From the NCBI GenBank assembly GCA_947165895.1, contig CAMVCB010000002.1, forward strand, positions 288,155 to 352,154: DNA of 64,000 nucleotides, in the 5' to 3' direction. Made by a program: the position numbers and the translations under genes. This document shows positions 55,771 through 64,000 of the stretch, in pieces (position 1 is the stretch's first letter; every line of letters begins with the position of its first letter). The DNA is from an uncultured Treponema sp. (lineage in GTDB: Bacteria > Spirochaetota > Spirochaetia > Treponematales > Treponemataceae). A model generated the notes under the pieces. That model did not search any database, was not told where the DNA came from, and saw nothing but the letters and a program-made list of their open reading frames with translations.

Positions 55771-57029
55771 GAACCCCTTCTTTATGTTTTTATCCATATT
55801 TTGTTCTTGTCTGGTTTATGGTAAGCGGTCTTTTCAATGGAATATTTGTTTTCTTTTTGGGGACAGCAACAAAAATTGCAATAGACTGCTTTTTGATACT
55901 ACTTTTGCTATTGGTAAATAAAAGTCTACATACTTTCTCTTATAAACAAATCTTGTTTATATCATTTTATTCTTTTTTGACGCTATTCTCTTTGATTATA
56001 TGTTTTGAAAATAATCATTATGGATTTGGTAAATTGTTGAAAAACGTGATATTGACCGCTCTTGTTTTTTTTAACTACTTTATCCTTTATCAGACTTTTA
56101 AAAATCGTTTCTTCACAATCTGTATAAGAAAATTATTCATATTTCAAATCTTATTAGAATCTGTACTATTCTTTTTCTGGCTGTTTTATAATAAAAAGAC
56201 AGGACTAATTGGACATACAAATATTCAATTGCTTATTCTTCAAGACTGGGAAGGAAGATTTCAAGGAAGTTTTTCAGAACCGAGTTGCTTGGGCTTATGG
56301 CTTGGAAGCTCAATATTTATTTTGCTTATCTTGTTTCAGAGATATACCAAAAGAATCTGTGCTATATTTTTTATTTTTATTCTCTATTCTGCTTGCAAAG
56401 CAAAATTTGCATTACTAGCTCTTCCTATTGCTTTTATAGTGCCACTTATAAAATCGTACAGATTTTTTTCTAAACAGCACATAGAAATAATTTTCTTACT
56501 CTTTATTTTCTGCTTCATTTCTTTATTTTGGTATGATTTTTGCAAAGCTTTTTACTACGGCATAAGTATTATTTTTCCTCGTAAAGGCTCTGCGACGTAT
56601 GTTACGCGTTTTGGATTCATGTGGAGCTCGATAAAAGATATTTGCTTTTATCCATTGGGACATGGCTTTGGACTGAATTATGAAGTGTTTCAAAATATTT
56701 TCACTGACATTATACCTATTGTTGATAGTGTAAATCTTGAAACATGGGAACTTCAATCTTACGGATTAAATCCAAATAATATGGGCTCAAAAGATACTTT
56801 AAGTTTGATAATTTCATCCTGTGGCTTTTTGGGAATTACTTTATATTTTTTGTATTTCAAAAGAACAATGCAAGCAAGATACCGTCATTCTTTTTATGCA
56901 CACGCTCTCATTTTTTTCATATTCATAGAATCAATCATCACAGGAAATATATTTGCAGATTCTAGTTTTTTTATACTCATATTTGCAAAAATGGCTCTCA
57001 ACACAGATAGAACAAAGGTGAAAAAATGA
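55767..57029 (+). CDS. wzy: Wzy-type O-antigen/EPS polymerase-like membrane protein
   Basis: About 10-12 TM helices and very low GC. Its position between glycosyltransferase genes supports the call. No strong motif. Confidence 0.6.
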   Translation: MRTPSLCFYPYFVLVWFMVSGLFNGIFVFFLGTATKIAIDCFLILLLLLVNKSLHTFSYKQILFISFYSFLTLFSLIICFENNHYGFGKLLKNVILTALVFFNYFILYQTFKNRFFTICIRKLFIFQILLESVLFFFWLFYNKKTGLIGHTNIQLLILQDWEGRFQGSFSEPSCLGLWLGSSIFILLILFQRYTKRICAIFFIFILYSACKAKFALLALPIAFIVPLIKSYRFFSKQHIEIIFLLFIFCFISLFWYDFCKAFYYGISIIFPRKGSATYVTRFGFMWSSIKDICFYPLGHGFGLNYEVFQNIFTDIIPIVDSVNLETWELQSYGLNPNNMGSKDTLSLIISSCGFLGITLYFLYFKRTMQARYRHSFYAHALIFFIFIESIITGNIFADSSFFILIFAKMALNTDRTKVKK

Positions 57030-58129
57030 GGTCAAAATTATTGTATATAGGTCACAACCTCGAAAAGCCGAAAACAGGCGGTGAAATTGCGTCTAAGAAT
57101 ATGCAGATTGTTTTGAAGATGATATTCGAAAAGAACTTCTTTCGATATGATTTGAAATATAATTCTAAAATTGAAAAGATTTTCAGCAGATGCATTTTCT
57201 TTTATCCAGGATTATTGATTTCTGATTTCAAAAGAATCAGTAACTACATATACGCAGTGAGACCAAATTATGTTTTTATAGAAACTGCTCAATATGGAGC
57301 TTTGGTAAAATATATTAAAAAACATTTTCCTCACATAAAAGTATTAACTTTTTTTCACAACATAGAAATTGAATATGCTAGAAGCTATTTTTCACTTAAA
57401 AATATAAAGTCTTGGTATTTCTATGTTTTAACAAAATATAATGAAACTTGCAGCATTCGTTATTCTGATTACTGTATGACAATAAATGAAAATGATTCAA
57501 AACTCATGGAAAAAGTTTATGCAAAATCGGCCGATTGTGTTTTCCCTTTTTCAGTAAAAAATACACTTTCTGAAGGGGAAGTAATAAAACTTGAGCAGGT
57601 TAAACAAAAAATACACAATCATAAATGCCTTTTTGTGGGAAGTAATTTTTTTGGTAATACAGATGGACTAAATTGGTTTATTCAAAATGTTTTGCCAAAA
57701 GCTGTTAGAGTTCATCTGACTATTGTTGGGAACGGAATGTCTAAGGCGTTTTCAAATTCTGAGAAAATAACAGTTTTTGATTATGTTGATGATTTATCAG
57801 TTTTTTATAAAGAAACAGATTTCGTTTTGCTTCCAATTATTTCTGGTGGTGGAATGAAAACAAAAACAGCAGATGCTCTAATGTATGGTAAAGCCATTAT
57901 TGGAACTCCTGAAGTTTTCTTTGGATATAAAGTTGAAAATTTACATGGAATATATATTTGTCAATCTGAAAATGATTTTGTTCAAGCTATAGAACAAATC
58001 TATAAAGATAATGTTTATAATTTTAATCTGCTGATTCATAAAAGATTTACAGACTGCCATTCTATAGAATCTACAGTTCTGCACATAAAAACATTCTTTG
58101 AAAGAATATCCAAGGAGTCCTCATGTTAG
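57026..58129 (+). CDS. GT-B (family 1/4) glycosyltransferase
   Basis: The C-terminal half LFVGSNFFGNTDGL...FVLLPIISGGGMKTKTADALMYGKAIIGT fits the GT4 nucleotide-sugar binding region. Confidence 0.75.
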   Translation: MRSKLLYIGHNLEKPKTGGEIASKNMQIVLKMIFEKNFFRYDLKYNSKIEKIFSRCIFFYPGLLISDFKRISNYIYAVRPNYVFIETAQYGALVKYIKKHFPHIKVLTFFHNIEIEYARSYFSLKNIKSWYFYVLTKYNETCSIRYSDYCMTINENDSKLMEKVYAKSADCVFPFSVKNTLSEGEVIKLEQVKQKIHNHKCLFVGSNFFGNTDGLNWFIQNVLPKAVRVHLTIVGNGMSKAFSNSEKITVFDYVDDLSVFYKETDFVLLPIISGGGMKTKTADALMYGKAIIGTPEVFFGYKVENLHGIYICQSENDFVQAIEQIYKDNVYNFNLLIHKRFTDCHSIESTVLHIKTFFERISKESSC

Positions 58130-58929
58130 TTTCCGTAATAATTCCCGTATATAATTCAGAAAATACAATTCACCGCTGCATTGAATCTGTCATTATATCT
58201 CTTGAAAGAGTTACTAAGGACTATGAAATCATCTGTGTAGATGATGGTTCTACGGATAATTCTCTGCGTCTTTTGAATGAAATTGCATCAAATAATCCGA
58301 AAATCGTTGTCGTTCATCAAGAAAATGCTGGCGCTGCGACTGCCAGAAACAAGGGATTGGAACTTGCAAAAGGCGAATATATTGCTTTTAACGATTCTGA
58401 TGATGAATGGTTGGAAAATCATTTTGAAATTTTGCTTGAAGTTTTCAAGAAGTATCCCTACTGTGATTGTATTTCTGCTAATCATGATATTGAAAGACAA
58501 ACAACTTTTTTCTTAAAAAAGATTGATAACAATCTCTATAAAGTTTCCTTGAATGCACAACAGTTCAAAAACAGATACTCTCCCCCAAATTCAATGGTTT
58601 CAAGAAAAATCATTGAATTTGGGGTTAGGTATAATTCTTTACTACGTGGAAGCGAAGAGTTTTATTTTTATAACCACATTCTTCATGATTTTGAATGTTT
58701 GTTTCTTAATAAAAAAGTCTCACAAAGTATTCTTCATAAGCAACGTTACGGTCAATGTGGATTGAGCGGAAATTTAAAAGAGATGGAAAAGGGAGAATTG
58801 TTTTCAATCACGGATTCTCACAAAAATCTTGGAGTTAATTCTTTTATTTTTTTTCTGGCTTACATTTTTTCTGTCTTAAAATATTATAAACGTAAAATAA
58901 TTGTAAATCTGCGGAAAAAAAAGTTTTGA
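58123..58929 (+). CDS. family 2 glycosyltransferase
   Basis: [14 protein letters not shown]...[12 protein letters not shown]...[11 protein letters not shown]...FNDSDDEW. Confidence 0.85.
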   Translation: MLVSVIIPVYNSENTIHRCIESVIISLERVTKDYEIICVDDGSTDNSLRLLNEIASNNPKIVVVHQENAGAATARNKGLELAKGEYIAFNDSDDEWLENHFEILLEVFKKYPYCDCISANHDIERQTTFFLKKIDNNLYKVSLNAQQFKNRYSPPNSMVSRKIIEFGVRYNSLLRGSEEFYFYNHILHDFECLFLNKKVSQSILHKQRYGQCGLSGNLKEMEKGELFSITDSHKNLGVNSFIFFLAYIFSVLKYYKRKIIVNLRKKKF

Positions 58930-59315
58930 TTTTCGGAAATGATGTTCAGATAAATGATTTCGTTCACATTGCTGCGGCTGAACATGTTGAAATTGGTAAT
59001 AATGTTTTAATTGCAGGAAAAGTTTTTATCAGTGATATTTGTCATGGAAATTATTCTGATTCAGAAAAAATTTCCGATCCTTACGAGCATCCTAAAGACA
59101 GAAAACTTTCTGCAAAACCTGTGATTATTCACGATGATGTATGGATAGGAGAAATGGTCTCTGTTCTTCCTGGTGTTGAGATTGGTAGGGGTGCAATTAT
59201 TGGTGCAAATAGTGTAGTGACAAAATCTGTACCTGAATATTCAATCGTAGCAGGTAATCCGGCAAAGATAATCAAGAGATTTGATTTTGAAAGTATGGAA
59301 TGGAAAAGGTGCTGA
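58926..59315 (+). CDS. left-handed beta-helix (hexapeptide) O-acetyltransferase, short form
   Basis: [51 protein letters not shown] start overlaps the previous stop. At 129 aa it is short for the family and may be N-terminally truncated. Confidence 0.7.
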   Translation: MIFGNDVQINDFVHIAAAEHVEIGNNVLIAGKVFISDICHGNYSDSEKISDPYEHPKDRKLSAKPVIIHDDVWIGEMVSVLPGVEIGRGAIIGANSVVTKSVPEYSIVAGNPAKIIKRFDFESMEWKRC

Positions 59316-59393
59316 ATAAAATTGAAGAATCTCCACATCATACAGCGGAATATTTGAGAGTAAATAGAACTATATATATCAGGTTAGAAGAAC

Positions 59394-59481
59394 AAATATA
59401 CTAGCTTGGAAGATACAATATACTAACCTTGTAGGTAAAATATACTAAGCTGGATGATATAATATACTAAGTTAGTAGACA
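59394..59481. repeat. 22-bp direct repeats x4 (plus an upstream half copy), iteron-like
   Basis: The core ATATACTA occurs at 59396, 59418, 59440 and 59462, an exact 22-bp period. Units read AAATATACTAGCTTGGAAGATA, CAATATACTAACCTTGTAGGTA, AAATATACTAAGCTGGATGATA and TAATATACTAAGTTAGTAGACA. Confidence 0.9.
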
Positions 59482-59496
59482 CTGGTTAAGTGCGTT

Positions 59497-59590
59497 TATT
59501 ATCCACAGGTCGTGGAATGGCCTTTCCACACACCCTCTACCGAACGTAATTGTGGTAGTGTAAAGCCCGTAATAGGGGTTGTGGATAATA
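59497..59590. promoter_or_regulatory. 11-bp inverted repeat carrying two perfect DnaA-box 9-mers around three internal hairpins
   Basis: TTATCCACA lies at 59499-59507 and TGTGGATAA at 59580-59588. The extended inverted repeat is TATTATCCACA/TGTGGATAATA. Internal stems are GTGGAA/TTCCAC, CTACC/GGTAG and CCC/GGG. Confidence 0.6.
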
Positions 59591-59674
59591 CAGTATCGTA
59601 AAAAAATATTAATTCCTCTTAAGTTTTCAATAATTTAAATCTATGCTAAAATATTTTTATTGGAGACTTTTGGT

Positions 59675-59947
59675 ATGGAAGAGAAGGCATTTATTTCAAA
59701 TGAAGGCTCATATACAATTTTCTCTTTTCGTGATAAACGATTGAAATTTGTTGCTCCGTATTCTCTTGAACGATATGAATCAGTCGTACAATGGGATAAT
59801 GGCTATCTTGTTGTAATGGCAAAATATTCACATAACAAAGAAGCTGAAGAAGAGTACATAGATTTAATTCCAATATTAAAAAATCTCTATATAAATCCAA
59901 AAAACTTTTTAAATCCTATTAAATCTGTGGAGGTAAAATATGCCTGA
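59675..59947 (+). CDS. hypothetical protein (90 aa)
   Basis: GGAGA lies 8 nt upstream of ATG 59675. A TGcTAAAAT extended -10 lies upstream. No recognisable motif. Confidence 0.5.
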   Translation: MEEKAFISNEGSYTIFSFRDKRLKFVAPYSLERYESVVQWDNGYLVVMAKYSHNKEAEEEYIDLIPILKNLYINPKNFLNPIKSVEVKYA

Positions 59948-60050
59948 TTTGAAGAAAATTTCTGATGAAGCAGATATGATAGTAAACGGTTTTGCTTATA
60001 AAAAATGTGAAGAAGAAAATAGTAAAAAAGATTTTTATTTTGGAAAATAA
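59940..60050 (+). CDS. micro-ORF (36 aa), below the ORF-track cutoff
   Basis: GGAGG lies 7 nt upstream of ATG 59940. It overlaps the preceding stop by 8 nt and ends 4 nt before the nadE ATG. It translates as MPDLKKISDEADMIVNGFAYKKCEEENSKKDFYFGK. Confidence 0.4.
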   Translation: MPDLKKISDEADMIVNGFAYKKCEEENSKKDFYFGK

Positions 60051-60054
60051 ACTT

Positions 60055-62109
60055 ATGAATTACGGCTTTATTCGAGGGGCCTGCGTTAGCCCGGAACTTG
60101 TTCTTGCTGATTGTGATTTTAATGCAAAAAAGATAATTGAAGAGGCGAAGGCTGCGGCTGGAAACGGGGCTAAAATCATCGTTTTTCCGGAGCTTTCTCT
60201 TACCGGCTATACCTGCGGAGATTTGTTTTTTCAGAAAAGTCTTCTGAAGTCAGCTGAGCAGGCTCTTTCTTCTATAATTAAGGAAACTGCCGGCCTCAAT
60301 AGTCTGATTTTTGTGGGATTGCCGCTGGCTCAGGGAGAGGGGATTTATAATGTCGCCGCTGTCATTTTTAAAGGCCACCTCCTGGCTCTGATTGCAAAAT
60401 CCTTCCTTCCAAACTACGGCGAGTTTTATGAGCGCCGCCAGTTTACACCTTTCCAGCCGGATATGGAGACCCGCTTTATCTCTTTTGCGGGCTTTGATGA
60501 CCTTCCTTTTGGGACGGACATCCTTATCTGCGACCGGGATAACCCTGAGCTTAAAATTGCCTGCGAGCTTTGTGAAGACCTCTGGACTCCCTTTCCGCCT
60601 TCAATCCGCCACGCCCTCAACGGAGCTAACGTCATCGTTAATCTTTCTGCGGGTAACGAAATTATCGGCAAGGCTGATTACCGCCGCAATCTCATAAAAA
60701 ATCATAGTGCAAAGCTGATTGCGGCCTACCTTTATTCAAATGCCGGAAAAGACGAATCGACTCAGGACATGGTTTTTGCCGGTCACAGGCTGATTTGTGA
60801 AAACGGCAGCATTCTTGCCCAGTCAAAGCTTTTTGATGATGAGCGCGCTATTTATGCTGATATCGATATAGAACGCCTTTGCCAGGAAAGACGCCGCACT
60901 ACAAGCTTCGGCTTTTCGGTAAATCATGCCCCCTTTGCGCAGAATTATGTGACCGTCCAGGTCAATTTGAGCGGGGACGAGGCGGCACTTGCCGGGGCAG
61001 GGAAGTCTTCCGTGGCAGCGGGCACTTTCGCCGGGGAAGGTGGCATATTAAAACGCTTCATCGACCCTCATCCTTTTGTTCCTTCCGATAAATCTGCCCG
61101 TACTGCCCGCTGTGAGGAAGTTATTACACTGCAGGCCCAGGGCCTTGCAAAACGCCTGCGCCACATAAAATGCCAGTCAGCCGTTATCGGTCTTTCAGGC
61201 GGCCTTGATTCAACTCTGGCCCTGCTTGTAACCTGCCGGGCCTTCGATCTCTGTAAACTTGACCGCAGCAAAATCACCGCGATTACTATGCCCTGCTTCG
61301 GCACAAGTGACCGCACCTACAATAATGCCTGCACTCTTGCCCGCCAGTGCGGTGCCACCCTAAAGGAAATCCCGATCGCAGACTCAGTCCGCCAGCATTT
61401 TAAGGATATCGGTCAGGATGAAAGCCTGCACGACGTCACCTACGAAAACGGTCAGGCCCGAACCCGAACTCTGGTTCTCATGAACTACGCAAATAAAACT
61501 AATGGAATTGTAATTGGAACCGGCGACCTTTCTGAGCTGGCTCTGGGCTGGTGTACCTACAACGGCGACCACATGTCCATGTACGGTGTAAACTCTTCGG
61601 TTCCAAAAACTCTGGTACGCTATCTTGTCGAATGGTTTGCGGACGAAGCCCGGGGCGAAACTGAAGCTGTCCTCCGTGACATTCTTGCAACTCCCGTAAG
61701 CCCGGAGCTTCTTCCTCCGACAGAAGGTAAAATCAGCCAGGTAACCGAAGACCTGGTAGGCCCTTACGAGCTTCACGACTTTTATCTTTACTATCTTCTG
61801 CGCTTTGGTTTCAGTCCGAAAAAGATTTTCTTCCTTGCAAAAAACGCCGGCTTAGGAGATTTATACACCGACGAAATCCTCCTAAAATGGCTGCGCACCT
61901 TCTACCGCCGCTTTTTCAGTCAGCAGTTCAAGCGTTCCTGCATGCCCGACGGCGCAAAAGTGGGTACAATCAACCTTTCTCCGCGCGGTGACTGGCGTAT
62001 GCCAAGCGATGCCTCTGCTGCAGTCTGGCTTAAGGAAATCGACCAGCTGGAAAGCGAACTTGAGGGCGTAAGCGGCACAGGTACAGGTACAGGCGGCAAG
62101 CCATGTTAA
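60055..62109 (+). CDS. nadE: glutamine-dependent NAD+ synthetase (CN-hydrolase plus NAD synthase domains)
   Basis: Nitrilase-type Glu/Lys/Cys contexts (FPELSLTGY, CEDLW). ATP-PPase loop GLSGGLDS. ATG 60055 is preferred over the ORF-track start at 59992. Confidence 0.92.
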   Translation: MNYGFIRGACVSPELVLADCDFNAKKIIEEAKAAAGNGAKIIVFPELSLTGYTCGDLFFQKSLLKSAEQALSSIIKETAGLNSLIFVGLPLAQGEGIYNVAAVIFKGHLLALIAKSFLPNYGEFYERRQFTPFQPDMETRFISFAGFDDLPFGTDILICDRDNPELKIACELCEDLWTPFPPSIRHALNGANVIVNLSAGNEIIGKADYRRNLIKNHSAKLIAAYLYSNAGKDESTQDMVFAGHRLICENGSILAQSKLFDDERAIYADIDIERLCQERRRTTSFGFSVNHAPFAQNYVTVQVNLSGDEAALAGAGKSSVAAGTFAGEGGILKRFIDPHPFVPSDKSARTARCEEVITLQAQGLAKRLRHIKCQSAVIGLSGGLDSTLALLVTCRAFDLCKLDRSKITAITMPCFGTSDRTYNNACTLARQCGATLKEIPIADSVRQHFKDIGQDESLHDVTYENGQARTRTLVLMNYANKTNGIVIGTGDLSELALGWCTYNGDHMSMYGVNSSVPKTLVRYLVEWFADEARGETEAVLRDILATPVSPELLPPTEGKISQVTEDLVGPYELHDFYLYYLLRFGFSPKKIFFLAKNAGLGDLYTDEILLKWLRTFYRRFFSQQFKRSCMPDGAKVGTINLSPRGDWRMPSDASAAVWLKEIDQLESELEGVSGTGTGTGGKPC

Positions 62110-62999
62110 GCTATCAGCACGCCTTTCACGCGGGAAATCACGCAGACATTTTAAAGCACCTAACTCTGACCGGCGTTCTTACCTCCCTCAACAAAAAGGA
62201 CAAGCCTTACACCTATTTTGATACTCACTCGGCCAGCGGCCTCTACGACCTTATGGATAACCGCGCCGAAAAAACAGGTGAAGCCGCCCAGGGCATAATG
62301 CGCCTTATGTCTTCATTTCAGAGTGAACTTTCTGGTTCGCATCCCTTACTAAGCGCATATTTTGCCTTAATCCGCCAGTACACCTCAAAAAGCTTATATC
62401 CGGGCTCGCCAGAAATCGGGCGCCTCCTGCTACGCCCGTCAGACTACATGATTCTTTCCGAGCTTCATCCCCAGGAAATTGAAAATCTCCGCCGCAATAT
62501 GATAAAATCACCATTTTGTCAGACTGCCTGCTCCCAGATTCAGATTCACGCCCGAAACGGCTTTGAAATGCTTAAGGCCCTTACTCCGCCAAAAACAAAG
62601 AGGGGAGCTGTCCTCATAGACCCAAGCTACGAAGAAGCTTCTGACTATCTCGATGTAGCTGAGACAATCTGCGCCGTAAATAAAAAGTGGTCAAACGGAA
62701 TCATAATGCTCTGGTATCCGCTGCTTGCCCACCGTGAGTCAGAAATCAATCAGATGCTTAATGACATTCAGTCTTCTGCCCGTTCTGTAAATCCAAATAT
62801 AGAAATCTGCGATTTGCGCCTGGAAGTGGCCGCCAAAGACAGCCATCAGGAAATGAGCCTTAAGGAATACCAACAGAGCGAAAAAAATCCGCCTCGCCTT
62901 TACGGAAGCGGAATGCTTGTATTAAATGCGCCCTGGCATCTGAAAGAAGAAGTTTCTAAAGAAATTGAATATATAAAAGAAATGCTCTTTGTAATATAA
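62103..62999 (+). CDS. rlmJ: 23S rRNA (adenine2030-N6)-methyltransferase RlmJ
   Basis: The N-terminus MLSYQHAFHAGNHADILKH is nearly identical to the RlmJ signature. DPSYE motif present. Confidence 0.9.
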   Translation: MLSYQHAFHAGNHADILKHLTLTGVLTSLNKKDKPYTYFDTHSASGLYDLMDNRAEKTGEAAQGIMRLMSSFQSELSGSHPLLSAYFALIRQYTSKSLYPGSPEIGRLLLRPSDYMILSELHPQEIENLRRNMIKSPFCQTACSQIQIHARNGFEMLKALTPPKTKRGAVLIDPSYEEASDYLDVAETICAVNKKWSNGIIMLWYPLLAHRESEINQMLNDIQSSARSVNPNIEICDLRLEVAAKDSHQEMSLKEYQQSEKNPPRLYGSGMLVLNAPWHLKEEVSKEIEYIKEMLFVI

Positions 63000-63163
63000 A
63001 AAAATGCTCCCGCATAGAACCGTAATTTGCTCCGCGGCTTTTCGCTCGACGCAAGCTTCGCTTGCTCTGTAGGCTCTTTTACGCGTTGTATGCCCGTTAT
63101 CGCGAAAAAAGCTTCGCAAATCACGAACCTATGCTCCGCATTTTTTGCCTTCAAAAAAGTAAT

Positions 63164-63580
63164 TTATTTCGACTGTTTTTTCTTTCTCTTTTTAAGCCAG
63201 TCTCTAATCTTCTGAATCAAATGCTTAAAGAACAAGTATATTCTGTAAAAAAATCCCGGGTTTCTCAGTCTTTCCAGTCTCATGTAGCCCTGCAGAAGCT
63301 CCTGATCTGTAAACTCTTTACGCTGGTTGTTTTCTTCAATTTCCATTTCCAGCTGTTCAACTTCTGTCAGGTTATCGATTATGTTCGCCTGAATATTTGT
63401 CCAGCCCAGCTGCATGGCGGCTGTAAGGCGGCGTTCCCCGGCAATCAGCTCGTAGCGGCTGTTAAGTGTAATCGGATTTAAAAGACCGTAAGTGCGCAGG
63501 CTGTCCTTAAGATTTTCAAGGTCACCCAAATCCCTGCGAACTCTTTTCTTTATCTTAATATCCTTAATTGCTATTAACAT
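63164..63580 (-). CDS. stand-alone ParB N-terminal (ParB/Srx fold) domain protein with basic amphipathic tail
   Basis: LRTYGLLNPITL....LIAGERRLTAA matches the ParB box II GERR region. No HTH or dimerisation domain, and no parA nearby. The C-terminus is FFYRIYLFFKHLIQKIRDWLKKRKKKQSK. Confidence 0.7.
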   Translation of the reverse strand: MLIAIKDIKIKKRVRRDLGDLENLKDSLRTYGLLNPITLNSRYELIAGERRLTAAMQLGWTNIQANIIDNLTEVEQLEMEIEENNQRKEFTDQELLQGYMRLERLRNPGFFYRIYLFFKHLIQKIRDWLKKRKKKQSK

Positions 63581-63605
63581 TCTCTCTACTGCCGCCTTTA
63601 TCTGA

Positions 63606-64000
63606 TTATTCCATCAGATAGTTATAATCATATTCTACCTTCTGATTTGCTTTAGTGCCAGTATTTTCTGTTTCTGAAGGAAGCAAATCTTCCGGCCTTC
63701 GTTTTGGTGCCACGTAGTTAGAATTTAAGAAGTCCAGATTGAGTTTCAGAGGCTTTGCTTCCGGCGTAATATTATGACGCTGACCGGACTTGTACATTTC
63801 CATTTCAAGTCTGCTTATAGCAAGAATCGAATTAGACTGATTTGAATGAACAGGACAAATCTCTGTAGGCTGGGTTCCTTCCAGATACCACTGTGTTGTT
63901 TTATGGTCTCCGCAGCCCTCTGTAAGGATTTTTCCGCTCACAGAGCAGACTGTTGCTTCAACTAGGCCTTCAAGAGGCCTTGTGAACTGTTTAAGAGGCA
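63606..64000 (-). CDS. class A penicillin-binding protein, C-terminal fragment (5' end outside window)
   Basis: The frame is open to the window edge. ...VCSVSGKILTEGCGDHKTTQWYLEGTQPTEICPVH is the Cys-rich tail pattern of PBP1A-type proteins. The 'M' at 63941 in the ORF track is an internal GTG. Confidence 0.6.
   Translation of the reverse strand, partial: PLKQFTRPLEGLVEATVCSVSGKILTEGCGDHKTTQWYLEGTQPTEICPVHSNQSNSILAISRLEMEMYKSGQRHNITPEAKPLKLNLDFLNSNYVAPKRRPEDLLPSETENTGTKANQKVEYDYNYLME

Noticed and set aside
59394-59481. The 22-bp repeats as a mini-CRISPR array.
   Set aside because: The units are directly abutting and degenerate, with no unique spacers, and they are too short.
63000-63163. 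GC-rich spacer after rlmJ with short hairpins (GCAAGC-ttc-GCTTGC, GCGAA...TTCGC), two AAAAAATGC..GCAT-like words, and ORFs 63027-63215 and 63062-63481.
   Set aside because: The stems are short and the similarity between the two words is partial. The ORFs overlap the ParB-like gene on the other strand and lack an RBS. This is probably just the convergent terminator region, with not enough signal to call an element.
1-64000. Prophage, IS element, integron or classical defence-island signatures.
   Set aside because: No integrase, transposase, recombinase, restriction-modification, cas or toxin-antitoxin hallmark motifs were recognised in any frame. The only mobility-like signal is the compositional island at 50.15-59.95 kb.

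Overview
The window is a roughly 40% GC chromosomal segment. Gene content suggests a spirochete, most likely Treponema-like. The clues are a stand-alone fliG paralogue, many lipoproteins with loose lipoboxes, TlyC/CorC-type paralogues, and a poly-G tract next to a gene for an exported protein. This taxonomic call is an inference, because no search could be run.

Gene order, left to right:
- hisC 3' end.
- A large TPR/GGDEF diguanylate cyclase, a metallophosphoesterase and an FGE/SUMF1-domain protein.
- A tightly packed 15.4 kb same-strand operon (5343-20795). It encodes a secretin, a GspE-type ATPase, a GspF-type platform and a GspG-like pseudopilin. These are followed by three ORFs with no recognisable motifs, three lipoproteins (one a C11 clostripain-like peptidase), and a 2094-aa Sec-signal RHS/YD-repeat toxin with a papain-like (NlpC/P60/CHAP-like) C-terminal domain.
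- htrA, purL, an exported protein, and two tandem DUF21-CBS-CorC transporters.
- On the minus strand, a His-rich COG0523 metallochaperone GTPase and a three-gene operon of unknown function.
- A GHKL ATPase, an orphan NMT1/SsuA-like binding protein and a Cache-PAS-GGDEF cyclase.
- tRNA-Lys(UUU), rplM-rpsI, the fliG paralogue, an M16C peptidase and clpB.
- A very AT-rich ~9.8 kb island (50.15-59.95 kb). It holds an AAA+/DUF4143 ATPase, an XRE regulator, and a Wzx/Wzy-type glycan locus with four glycosyltransferases and an acetyltransferase. Two different tandem-repeat arrays bracket it.
- nadE, rlmJ, a solitary ParB-N-domain protein and the 3' end of a class A PBP.

No rRNA, CRISPR array, transposase or integrase was seen.

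The best candidate for something undescribed is the coupling of a minimal pseudopilus/secretin machine to an RHS toxin. That toxin has no T6SS, T5SS or T7SS context and no downstream immunity gene. Secondary leads:
- An iteron-like 22-bp x4.5 array next to two perfect inverted DnaA boxes.
- A 33-bp x4.4 tandem array.
- An SD-sequestering hairpin upstream of clpB.
- A G9 tract upstream of the gene for an exported protein.
- A 47-bp perfect palindrome plus a GC-rich structured segment upstream of rplM.

All functional calls rest on motifs read by eye in the translations. No database search was possible.
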